From Camelus dromedarius (Eukaryota), in NCBI RefSeq assembly GCF_036321535.1, contig NC_087447.1, positions 48,858,001 through 48,922,000 on the forward strand: DNA of 64,000 nucleotides. The letters run 5' to 3'. Positions 39,206-50,518 of the stretch are shown piece by piece. Every line of letters starts with the position of its first letter. Within the stretch, counting starts at the first letter, position 1. The notes beneath the pieces were generated by a model that had not been told where the DNA came from, did not search any database, and saw nothing but the letters and a program-made list of their open reading frames with translations. The position numbers were made by a program, and so were the translations under genes.

Positions 39206-42200
39206 AAAGACATACAGACTAGAGTGTCCACACCTAGTCTGTGTGTATATGAGGCCCCTGGGAGTTCAGGACAGAGCTGGAATGAGGAGAGAGGTGGGCC
39301 ATGAGCTGGAAGCCAGGGGTTGGTCTCCCTGAGCTTCCATGTTCTGCAAAGAATTCAGAGAAGTCAGACATATTAAAATTTGAACTTGGCCTTCCAGGTC
39401 ATTAAGAAAGTGTATTTGTCAAGGTGGGAAGATAGAACATATGTGTTTTATAGTTAATTTAATTTTTAACTTTTAAATATTTCAGGTATGATAAGCAGCC
39501 TCCACTTATATTCCTAGCTGGACCCTGTAAATGTGAGGGGTGGTCCTGGTGATGGAGGTGACAGTAATAGTGGTGGCAGTGGTAGTAATGGTGGGGAAAA
39601 CAGTAGTGGTGATCGCTCAAGGGCTCAGCATTTATTGTGCACCTACTGTGTGTCTGCAGTCAACCACATCTTACCACTATTATCTTCACCATCATCAGCT
39701 CCCTTCCTTCCCTCATTTCTTTCTCCAATAAGCATGTATTACTGGGGCCACACTAGGGGCTGGGAATGCTGAGATGACCACCAAATGGTCTGTGGCTCAA
39801 GAAGCTTCCTGTCCAGTGAGAGAAAGGCTCAGGAACAGATCATTGCAGAAGGTTGAGTTCAATTACAGAAGAGCATACAATGCTGGGGCAGCAGAGAGGA
39901 CCAGGGGAAGCTATTCTGAGGAAGTCTCCTGAGGTCTAGCCTCCTGAAATCTAAGCTGGGCCACTATAAACAGAGAATAGGAAAAAGCACTCCAGAAAGT
40001 GGGAACAGCATGTTTAAGGTGTGGAAGAGAGGACACTGGTTTAAGAAATGATCTGAAGGTCTAGCAGTGGCAGCCTGGGAGCAGGGATCCCTTTTCTGAC
40101 CATGTGTGTGCTGTCCACCCCCTTATTTGGGGGCACTGCCTCTCAGTCCAGTCATATGATTCTTGTACCTCATCCCTGTCCACCCAAGGTGGACCAATCC
40201 AAGTCCTTCCCTAGAATCTTTCTACTGGAATTGGAAGGGAAGAGCCTTTGCATCCTATCTGATTGAGAGCTGGCAGGATGCTGAGCAGTGCCACAGTGTT
40301 TTGTCTGCTTCTTGAAAGAGTTGGTCGGAAAGAAAGTGATGATATGCAGAGGATAACAGAGAGAGAACATCCTGGTGGTGCTGGAGCCCACATCCATCCC
40401 AGCTTGATCAAGTGGGGCAGCACACTGGACCCTGAGTTGCTGCTGGGAGAAAAGGTGGGGGAACTGTGCTGAAGAGGCAGCAGGATTCAGATGCTGAAGG
40501 GCCAGAAGAGGGAGTTTCAATGCTGTTCTGAGGGCAGAGGGAAACCACTGAAGGAGGGGCTTAGTGGAGAGGAGACAGGGGAAGATTCATGTTTTTCAAA
40601 GATCATTCTGGGTTGATAGGCAAGATTTGCTAGGAGGGGATAGGGGTGGAGAGGAAAGGCTGGCGGCAGGGGAGCTGGTGAGAAGACAGATTTCCTCATC
40701 CCAGAAGTCATAGGACAGAGGGAGGGGACAGACTTTGGAGTCAGACTCTGTGGGTTCCAGTCACAGCCCCAAGTCTTCATTGCTGTTTGACTTTGGGCAA
40801 GTTATATGAGCTCTGTTCTGTTTTGAGGGTAGATAAAGGTGGGGAGAGACATTAGATGTCATGTGATCATTTAAACAGCCTTGGGCCGGGACCAGAGATC
40901 CAGGTCCTAATTTCCATTATAGAAAGTCTGAGATAGCCCCAATTCATAGAAACCCATGCCATCCCCCCCGCCCCCCGCCACCCTCAGCCAACCTCCTAAG
41001 GTACTTACTGTTCATCTTCCATGAGCTGACCCTGCAGGAGGAGAAGGCAGGCAGTGGGTGTCTCCCAGGGAAGGAGAGTGGCCGGGCCTGCCCTGGAGAG
41101 AGATGCCATTGTGCCTGGTGGGGCCCCAGGCCTTCCCTCACCCCCAGGCCAGCCCCAAACCACAGGCCACGTCCTGTTTCTCAGAAATATAGCTATTTCC
41201 CAGAGCCCAGGGTTCATGGAGAGGCGGGAAGAGGTAGCTTCACAGCTGCTGGAGGAGGAGGAGGAAACCTGGAGGCCAGGCTTGGCCTAATAATAGGATG
41301 GTCAAGTTTGGGGGCCAGGAAGCTATCTGGGAAGGTTGGGTGGAGCAGAGGCTGCGCCTGGCCCAGCCCAGGACCTGGGCCCTCTAGTGCTCTTGGAGCC
41401 ATTGGGGCACAGAATCCCAGACCTCAGCTGGAGTCCAAGCCCTCCATTTACTAGTGTGTGATCTTGATTAGGTCACTTCCTCTCCCTGAGCCTTAGTTTC
41501 CTTGGCTCCATAATGTGATTGACATCCCTGCTTCACTGGGTTGTCCTGGGGGTCAGATGAGACAATGGACTTGACCGTGCATGTAGGAGCGGATGTCCCT
41601 ACTTCTTCCAGAGCCTGGAATGTGCCCAGCCTAGTCACCAAGCAGGATGGTGGACCCCACAGGACTCCTTGCTGGAGTCTCCCTGAGCCGCATCAGGGAC
41701 AGAGCTGGGCAGCTCCAGGGGACCACCCTGTCCCTCTCCCCCATCACACTCATGGGGAGACCAGCCAGGGTTATGCAGTGAGTTAGTGGCCAAGGAAGAA
41801 TGGATTTTAACGTGTCCCTAAATCTTCCATTCCTCCATCTTCATTTCTGTTTATTCTACTTTTCCCTCTCCTGTGAGGTCTTCTCATCACCAAGACTTGC
41901 TTAAATCTCTCCTGTTTGAAAAACCCCCTTCTTCCATCTCATATCCACTGCCAGCCACTGCCCTGCCTCTCTCCCCTCCTTTGCCACCAAAGTTCTTCAA
42001 AGGCTTGTCTGTTTCCTCACCTCCCAGACACCACCTCAGCCCCCACCCCCAGCCTGCTTCTGCCTCCCAGCCCCCCTGACATTGCCCATTGCCATGCTCA
42101 CCAGAAGCCCCCTTCTGCGGAGGACCCTCTGGGCTTCATCTGTTGTAATCTCAGCCACGCGCCCTCCTGGCTTCTCTCTCACCTCCACGTGGTTCCTTGC

Positions 42201-44767
42201 TGAGGCTCCAGGGTTCTGTCCTAATGCCCCTTTTCTTTTCATTCTACACTTTCTCCCAAGCCAGTGCCTCCTGCAGGCCATCAGCTCCCAAATCCCCTTC
42301 TCTGGCCCAACCTTCTCTCCAGACCGTAATACACCAAAGGGCTGAGTCTTCTGAAACTCAGCTCAGCTAAAACTCCTGGTTCTCTCCTTGTCACCACACA
42401 AGGCACCAGCTATACCCAGGACCCCCCTCTCCCTCAGCCCGACGTCCTTAGCTCTGCCTTCCCTCCTATCTCTGTCACCTCTCTCCTGCCCGGGTGCTGT
42501 CATCCCTTCTGTGGACCCCACAACAACCTCCAACCTGGTGTCCGCCTCGCTCCTCCACACCGTCCTTCACCCAGCAGGCAGATCTAAACAACAGATCTGA
42601 CAGAAGCACTGAAACCCTTTCAAGGCCATCTGCTGCCCTCAGGGTGATGGTAAAGCTTCTCAGCTGGGTATTCAGCCTGACTTCCCTCTGCTCTTTGCCT
42701 CACATTTTATTGTCCAGCAACAGTGAGCTGTTTGTGGTTCTCCCTGTAAGATGCTATTTTTCATCTTCCACGCAGCTATCTCTTCCTGCGCCATTGCCCA
42801 CCCTCCGCTCACTTCCTCCATGTTTTCTTCTCATCCCTGCTCATCCTTCAGAGCCAGCTGGAGCATCCCTCATCTGGGGTGGGACTGTGTTCCCCTCAGC
42901 CCTGCTGTCACAGCCCTTGCACTCATGGTGTTGTGAGGCCTCATCTCCTGCTCAAGACTTTAGCTCCACCACTGTGTCAGTGGTCTAGCGTAAGGCCTAG
43001 CCCAGTGTAGCTCAGAAAGTGTTTTATGAATGAGTACAGGGAAGGAGAAGACAACTGAGAGAGATGTAAAACCCTGGGAGAGCTGCTTTGAGATTGCCGA
43101 GGCAAGCTTTGTGTTGACACACTCAAAAAGGTCTGGACCAAAGTCAGGAAGTGCTGATATGCTGAACATGCCTCCCGTGGTGGGAAAGATTTGGGGTGAA
43201 CATCACAAGCTTTGGATTAGCCCATCAGAGAAACCCGAAGGCAGTTGGCCTGCAACACCAGGAGAAGTGTACAGGGAGGTCATTCCTGTCCTTAGGCCCC
43301 AGAGATGCCCCCGATTACAGAGCCCCACCTTCAATCCCATTCTTCAGTGGAGGGGGCCCCCTGTGCAAGGGCAAGAGTGGGGTTGGGGTGGCAGGGAAAG
43401 CTCCACTGAGAAGGAGACATCTGAGCTAGTTTGAAGGATGACCAGTTAACCATGTGAAAGTCTGATTCCTATGCTTTAAATTTGGGAGGCTCTGAAGCCA
43501 GCCTGGATGTCCAGGTTAACCCCACGTGGTGAGCAAGCAAGGCCAGAATGAAGAGTCTTCTCCAAGAGGGACAGGCAGAGGCTGTGAGGAGCTGGACAGC
43601 TTCTGACTCAGAGGCAGATGGGGAAGATTCCAGCCATGTTCCTCAAACCCCAGACTCTCAAACCAGGCCCCCAGGAGCTGGCAGAGGGAGTTTGGGGAGG
43701 GTGACAGCCATCCCTGCACAGTGAGGGTGGCCTCAGGAAGCTACTGAGCAGACTTCTGAGCTCAGATACTCCACTTTCAAGACCAGGGCTTGGGTCAGAA
43801 CCCCCTAAGTGGCTGCGGGTGGCAGAATCCAGCCAACAAACCACCTGACCCATCTCTCCACAGCTTTCAGTCAAGCTTGAGGGTGAGGGGCGTGGCCAGA
43901 GGATGACCAAGACTGACTATGCTGGTCAGAGAGCACAGGTCTGGGCGTCAGTAGGTCTAAGTTCTCATCTAATCACCACTCATGACTGTGGGGCTTTGAG
44001 GAAGACATTGGCCAATCCTGAATGTCTGTTTTCTCCTCTCTAAAATGGGGGTAATTCCTACACCGTTCACCTTAAGTAGAATCCTGAGCATTAAAACATC
44101 TTTGAAATGGTACGGAATTGTACATGTGGGCAGGAGAAATGGCTGATGTTGTCTTTAATTGTAACTGTTAGGCCTTCTTCCCAGACCGTGGTGCCAGGGT
44201 TGGCAGTCCAACTGCCGAGTCTTGGAAATCCTCTGAGGTGAGAATATTTGGGTTTATAACATTGGTCACGGTGGAACGGGAGGAGTGCTAGCTTGGAGCA
44301 AGAGACCTGGCATCCAGTTCCAAATCTGCTACCACCCTGTTCTGTTGCTTCAGGCAAATTACTGCTCCTCTCTAAACTCAGCATACTCATTGTAAAGGGG
44401 AGCTGACAATTGTCAGGATCCCTGGAATATCTGCTGGGAAAGTGCTTTGAGGCTCCATGTCCCACCTCCACTGGCTAACTAGAGTCAGTCCCCTTTCCTA
44501 GGTACAGTGCCAAAGAGCTCTAGGCGGGGCTGCCCACAAAAGCGGGAGGTGCTGTAGCTGGGGGCTGGGGACAGAAGGCTGGGGAACTAGCCCAGGCTCT
44601 GGTAACAGCTCACCTTGAGGACAGGAGCTAATCTCTGCCCCTCCTGCATCTCTGTTTCCAGCCCTATAAAATGGGAATAACCAGGCCTGTCTTGCAGTCC
44701 CTGTGAGAACATGTGGAGACTGGATATGGACTTAGTAGGCAGGGTTGAGGGGTAATGCAACTTCATA

Positions 44768-44773
44768 TTTATT
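44768..44773 (-). terminator. CHRDL2: Polyadenylation signal AATAAA of CHRDL2
   Basis: tttatt on + strand, ~45-55 nt downstream of the two stop codons, in an AT-rich patch. Confidence 0.8.
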
Positions 44774-44816
44774 AATATATAACAACAAAAATGATAAAGC
44801 TCATATCTGCAGCTGT

Positions 44817-44907
44817 TTAGGTCTTTGTTATAAGGTCTTGGTCACTTTGTCTGGACTGGCTGTGACCTTCAGCTCCGGGGTCTGGGCTAGGAAGACGTTC
44901 CAGTGAC
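44817..44907 (-). CDS. CHRDL2: CHRDL2 terminal coding exon 11 (two stops, one per frame)
   Basis: atgcag|GTCAC; frame A (G)HWNVFLAQTPELKVTASPDKVTKTL* with TAA at 44828-44830; frame B SLERLPSPDPGAEGHSQSRQSDQDLITKT* with TAA at 44817-44819. Confidence 0.95.
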
Positions 44908-44932
44908 CTGCATGGAGAAAAGAGGAAGAGTC

Positions 44933-44968
44933 GTGTGTGTAGGTGTGTGTGTTTGGTGTGTGTGTGTG
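44933..44968 (+). repeat. (TG)n microsatellite just upstream of the CHRDL2 exon 11 acceptor
   Basis: gtgtgtgtaggtgtgtgtgtttggtgtgtgtgtgtg; (CA)n in the pre-mRNA. Confidence 0.85.
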
Positions 44969-45588
44969 CACACTTGTGCGCAACAGAGGCATAGTGACTG
45001 GGATGGAGAAAACTTAGGGCAAGGAGGACTGTGCCGCCTGGGTTTGGAGCCCACAGGGAGGACGGAGGTGAGTGCCCCATTGTATCCCATATCCCAGTGG
45101 GTTCTGGCACATGACCCCACCTTCAACCAACCAACATTTAGGGGCTGGGCTAGTTTCCCAGCACCTGTTGGTGACCCTCCCATCTGTGACTTCCTCTCCC
45201 CCACCTGAAGACCCATGTGGGTCCATCTTCCTCAGTGCAGTGTAGAGCAAATGAAGGGGATCAGGAGAGCTTCAGTGGGAAATGGTCCAGGAGAGAGAGG
45301 CAAAGTAGCACCAGGGTTTAGGTGCTCAGACCCCCTCCTCCACAGCCCTGTCTCCCTTACCCCCAAGACCGAATCCAGCTGGCTCTGCGTTACCTTCCTG
45401 CTCCCAAGCTCCCGAGCGCCTGAGTTGGGAAATCTCTGGCCCAGACGCCCACTGGATTCCTGTGCCGGGAACTGACGTCTGTGGCTGACAGCCCCCCTCC
45501 CGGCACCAGCAGCCTGGAACTCCCCGAGAGGCCCCAGCTCCCAGCCTTGCTCTCTTCCCAGGCCCCAGTCCTCAGCCCCGGATCCCAC

Positions 45589-45681
45589 CTTCGTGGGTGC
45601 CAGTGAGCAGCCGGAAGTTCTGTGCCTCTTTCTGAAAGTCTTGCTTCCTGACTTTCTTGATCTGAATCAAGTGGAAGATTC
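45589..45681 (-). CDS. CHRDL2: CHRDL2 coding exon 10 (open in two frames)
   Basis: ctcag|GAATC...CACGAAG|gtggga; 93 nt; frame A (G)IFHLIQIKKVRKQDFQKEAQNFRLLTGTHE; frame B NLPLDSDQESQEARLSERGTELPAAHWHPR(R). Confidence 0.96.
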
Positions 45682-46606
45682 CTGAGGGCAGAGACAAGGG
45701 CGTGAGCAGGAAAGGCAGTGAAATGGGGTGACTTAGACCTGGGACAGACTGAGTCACCTCCCTCCCTTCCCCCATTCCTACCAGACACCAAATCCTGTGA
45801 ACTAAATTCCCTAAATATTTTGAATCTGTTCTCCTGTCCCCACTGTCACCCTCCCCATTCGGGCTCCATCATGTCTTGCCTGGGTTACTACACTAGACTT
45901 CTGACCTCTTTAACCCTGCCTTGAATCTGTGACCCTGACTGTGGTCATTTGAAAATATACCTGTTACCCTGTCATTCCCCTTCCCTGCCCCTGCCACCAT
46001 CACTATCCTGCTTGCACACTGCTCACCTGTCCACAACGCGAGGCCAAGGGGGTCGGGGGAGGAAGGAGGGAGGAAGGAAAGAAGAAAAACTGTCAGGCCT
46101 ATAGGGACTGGTCAAGCTTTTTGTGGGGCATAGAACATATGGTAAAAATCAATAAGTGATTTGCCGCAGACACCAAAGTACTCCAGGTGCCAGGGTTGTA
46201 GGTCCTCTTGCAGCTCAAGGCTCAGTTCCCCCCTAGCGCCCTTGCCTGGGCTCAAGCCCTGACCTGCTGCTTGATGTTCCTGAGGGGCCAGGCTTTTACA
46301 CAGGCCGCCCTCTCTGCCAGAACACCTTTCCTGTTGCCACCAGGTGAACTATTCCTCCTCCCAGCCTTAGCTGGGAAGTCTTCCTTGATCCTCTCTCTCC
46401 CCATAAATAGTTATAATATCATTTCTTCTTTGGAAGCACCCACAGCTCTTGGTTTCTGTTTGTGATTGTTCCTATTTCTAATGTGCTATCATTTGGGTCT
46501 ACTTTTGCCTCTCCTATGAGACTCAGAATTCCTGGAGGTCTTTCCTTTCTAGGTCCCCTGAGCCTGGCCGACATTAGTTATGCTGAATGAATGATGAATG
46601 AATCCT

Positions 46607-46655
46607 TAGATGGATAGATGGATGGATGGATAGCTGGTTGGATGGATGGATGGAT
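46607..46655 (+). repeat. (TGGA)n microsatellite, imperfect
   Basis: agatggatagatggatggatggatagctggttggatggatggatggata. Confidence 0.85.
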
Positions 46656-48044
46656 AAGCAAATACATGTGTACTCAGTCTAGGCCAGGCCCTGAGGGGGA
46701 ATGAGGTATTAGCTGGATCTCCTGATGTTTGCATCCCCTGGGGAGCTGGCCACAGGCACCACACATGGCACAGAGGCCCTGAGTACATGGGCTATGAGGT
46801 CGTGCCAGCTGTTACCAGCAGGGGCTGTGGCCAGAAAGAACAGATGCAACAGCAAGGCCTCTGCTAGGCCAGCACCGCCCTCAGGAAAACCAAGAGCTGG
46901 CCTTGCTTATGGGAATCTGAGTGGGATCCCACTGAGGGGAACAGATGGCACTGGTCCTAGGACTGAGGTCCAGGAAGCCTCAGGCCCCCAACCCAGTTGC
47001 CAAGGACCAGAATATGGGACAGACTCACTCGAAAGGCCCAGGCTACATCACAAGCATGAGATGGGGATAGGTCCTTCTGCCCCAGGTCTGCCACTGCACC
47101 AGTCCCAGCACACAAATTGGAGAGAAGGTGATAGGGTGAGGGCAGGTCCCCTCACTGTAGCCTAAATGCCTGATTGAAAGGTCCGAGCCCTTGGGCCTGG
47201 AATCAAGAGCTTGCCTAAGGGTCAAGGTTGTCCCTCTTGCTCTTTGAAGGGCATGCTAGGCCTGAGAGCGGCTGGTCCCTGTGTGTCCCCATGGCAAAGG
47301 TGGCAGTGGTGGGTGAGTGCCAATAGATAAGACAGGCTCAGCTTAGTGTGAAGGGCCCCCTCAGGGTGGAGCCATTCCCAGAATGGTAAGTGAATCAGCT
47401 GTCTGGAGGTGGGGTGGGGGTGTGTGCAGTCAGGGGCTAGAGACCATCAGGGATGCTGCAGGGGGACTTCTTTCCCAGGCAAGATTAGGAATCAAGACCC
47501 CTGAGGTCCCTTCTGCTCTGAAATTCCAGAATCTAAAACGCCCTTAACCCTAATCCCCAATTCTCTGCTCAGACTCTGGGGCCTGCGACTGGCCCCACTG
47601 TGGTGCGGCCTCTCTCAGCACAGCTTTCAGCGTCCACATGCTCACTTCGTCTCCAGGCCAATTCTCCTCTTCCTCTCCTGGCCCCCAAGATCTGCTGTTT
47701 CCACGTGTCTGGGTGAGGACATAGTAAAGGTTTCCCACTGACAACTGGATCTTGGGAGGGTTTGCTTTGACTCCCATGGCCTGGGACAGGGAGGTAATGG
47801 GGAGGCTGAGGGGCATTTCAGCCACCCGAAGGCTCAGGAGGTGGCAGGGAGGTTTGCTAGTGACAGGAGGGCAGGGCCTGGCACTGTGAAGTGGAAGAGC
47901 CCCCCCATCCAACCTTGTTCCTTTTTGCGAGGCCAGTGGTAATGAGATTTGGCCTTGAGTTATGACCTCCCTCTCTGCCAACCTGGGCCTTCCTCAGGCC
48001 CCTCACTAAAAGCATAAGGTCACCTTTGTGGAGATGGCACTGGG

Positions 48045-48230
48045 GACAGCCAGACCCGGATTTGAATCTTTGCTTGCCTGCTTAAACTGTGTGATTTTGA
48101 GCAAGTCATTTTACCTCTCAGACTCAGTTTTCTTATCTGCAAAATGGGGCATTAATACATAACCCTCAGGTCTCTTATGTGGATGAAGTGAAGCACGTTA
48201 CATAGCACCTGCTACGCACCAATCAGAGCC
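48045..48230 (+). mobile_element. MIR SINE
   Basis: tgtgtgattttgagcaagtcattttacctctcagactcagttttcttatctgcaaaatgggg core. Confidence 0.75.
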
Positions 48231-48729
48231 CCAGGCATATAAGCGTGGGCTCTGGAGCCTGAATTTGAGGCTGTCTCTGCCAGCCTGCCTGCAGTGTGCC
48301 CCTCTTGCCTTTCTAAATCCTGTCCAGCCCAGGCCCATCTTCCATGAAGCCTTCCCTGACCAGCTCAGCTCCCAGGGAGTGCCGTTGTACCCAGGGCCCG
48401 GAGCCCTGAGCTCCTGAGGACAGAGGCTAGACTTGTTACTCTGTGGTCCCAGCACCTGACAGGGGCTGGAGGGAGGCTGAGTGTAAACATGCAGCCCCAC
48501 CTGGCCAGACACTGATGGAACCTTAAGATTCAAAACAATTATGGGGGTTACTGAATCTACTCAGCCACTGGCAGAAGCCCCACCTAGCCCTTGCCTGCAC
48601 ACTTCCCTGGATGGAGCATGCCCCTCTCTTCACTGCAGGAAGGCTCTAAGATTAAGAAGGTGCTACCTCTCACTGACTGAAATCTGCTTCTCTGTAATTC
48701 TAACTGATGGATGATGTGGGGTGAGAAGG

Positions 48730-48922
48730 AAGCTGACATTTTTAGTGCCTACTGTTGCTCAGGGGCAGTACCTATGTTATTTCATTTAATCCTCCAAAAC
48801 CCTTTCTCCCTCATTAACAGAAGAGAAATCTGAGGCCCAGAGAGGTCAAGTGATTGCCCAAGGCCACATAGCTAAGAAATGGCAGAGCTGGGATTCAAAC
48901 CCAGGTCTGATACCAAAGCCCC
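48730..48922 (-). mobile_element. MIR SINE
   Basis: tgaggcccagagaggtcaagtgattgcccaaggccacatagctaagaaatggcagagctgggattcaaacccaggtctga. Confidence 0.8.
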
Positions 48923-49079
48923 TGCATGTTTTCTGACCCTTGCGGTCACTCAGAACACAACTGCTCCCTCTGCCTGGGGGCAGTCCTTCAGACCCATGAA
49001 GCCAGCGGTCCTGTTCCCCTGAGTCTTCTCTTTTCCAGGCTGAACAGCTCCGCTTTCTTCGTCCATTCCTCCTACGACA

Positions 49080-49325
49080 GGAGGCAGAGTAGAGCAGGGA
49101 AAGAGCCGCATCTTGACGTCACAAGACCTGGGCTCTAGCTCCCGTCCTCCACTTACTGGCTGTGTGGCCTTGGGCCAGGTACTTCACCTCTCTGAGCCTC
49201 AGTTTCCTCATCTGTAAAATGGGGATAATAATACCTAACTCTCAGGATCGTTGAGGAGCAAAAGAGATAATGAATGTGAAAGCACTTTGTAAACTCCAAA
49301 GTGCTTCATACATTAGCTGTTATCA
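49080..49325 (+). mobile_element. MIR SINE (antisense to CHRDL2) hosting the cassette exon
   Basis: Near-consensus core ccacttactggctgtgtggccttgggcc...ctctctgagcctcagtttcctcatctgtaaaatggggataataatacct. Confidence 0.92.
49157..49211 (-). CDS. CHRDL2: CHRDL2 alternative cassette exon derived from an antisense MIR (frame-shifting)
   Basis: attttacag|ATGAGG...CAGCCA|gtaagt; 55 nt; (D)EETEAQRGEVPGPRPHS(Q), the same peptide I recall from the longer human CHRDL2 isoform; the downstream alternative frame is open to the stop at 44817. Confidence 0.85.
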
Positions 49326-50084
49326 TTGTCATCATGCTTATTATCAACCCCTCTTCCACCCCCCACCTCCTACCCCACCCCCACCCCCTGCTGCCAGCCA
49401 AACACATCAGTAGAGAAAAATGACCTTAGAGCTAATTCCCACTTAAAGGATTTAATTTGTTTTACTTTATCCAGGGGATTTATGTTTTACAGGAAGAGCC
49501 AAAAAACTGAACTCTCAGCAATCCCCTTATCAATGAAAACTCCTCCTCTTGACTTTCAGTTGGTGATAGGAGCAGCCTATTGAATAGGGTGTTTCTCACA
49601 GAACGAGAAATATATTCTGATGTGACTTACCTTGGAGGGATAGAATCTACCATATAGATACAGAAAAGGCTGACTGAGACCAGCCTTAAGGATTTGAGGA
49701 TGCTGTGAGGGCCCTCCTGCCTGAAAAGATCTCTCCTCCCAGACTGCTGCTGTTCAACCAGTGGACAGCTCTTTATTCTTTTGGGGTAGGCACGACTGTC
49801 CTGGCTCCTCACAAAGTGTAACCACCCCTTTCCCCCAGGAGAGGGAGCACTTCGAGGCCCTGGCATCTCAGAATGGGTGAGCTTATTGGAACTGTCAGAT
49901 AGAATCACTGTCTCCCTCTGCCTTGGAATCTGGAACTCTTAAACCTGGAAGGTGGCCTCAGGCAGGTCTTCCTGGGCCAGAGGCACTTGATCAATAAAAC
50001 TCCCCTAAAGCCCTTGGGGGGTCTGGAGCACAGGAAGGGGGACAGGCCAGAGGTGTGCTGAGCTGGGAGTGCGCCATTGCTCAC

Positions 50085-50258
50085 CTTTTACCAGCTTCCA
50101 GAGGTAGATCTCCACCTGCTCAGAGGCCTCACGCTCAAGGGCAAAGCGATGCAGGTTGTCTGGGCTTGGGGATACTGATGTGTGGACGAGGACGCGGCCT
50201 GGCGCCTTCGGACACCTGGTGGCACTGATCTCACTGTGGCCAGGGTCGGCCTTGTCCT
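50085..50258 (-). CDS. CHRDL2: CHRDL2 coding exon 9 (C-terminal region)
   Basis: cccag|AGGAC...GTAAAAG|gtgagc; 174 nt; (E)DKADPGHSEISATRCPKAPGRVLVHTSVSPSPDNLHRFALEREASEQVEIYLWKLVK. Confidence 0.97.
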
Positions 50259-50518
50259 CTGGGAGAGACAAAGAGCTCATGAATGCTCTGCCTCCCCACC
50301 CCTGGTAGCCCAGGAAGAGGGGCCACAGGTCTGACATCCCCCTCAGTGTCTCTGCTGTTATTGGGAAAGTTTGGGTGCCCCTGGGAAGAGAAGGGGATCT
50401 CTGGGGAAGAGAGAGGGGGACTCACCCCCATTCACCTCCCATTGATTGGCATGTCAGAAAACTTCTCACCCTTCAGGGCCCAGCTCACTTTCCACCTCCT
50501 CCAGGCAGTCCACTGGAG

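Noticed and set aside
17472..44471. Many 100-184 aa ORFs in the six-frame track (e.g. 36256..36810, 17484..17984, 29332..29829, 42494..42988)
   Set aside because: No recognisable domains, overlapping in several frames, often in L2/LTR relics; expected by chance in GC-rich DNA
48045..48230. Second antisense MIR as another CHRDL2 exon
   Set aside because: Acceptor present, but the MIR donor is lost and the frame hits TAA after 8 codons
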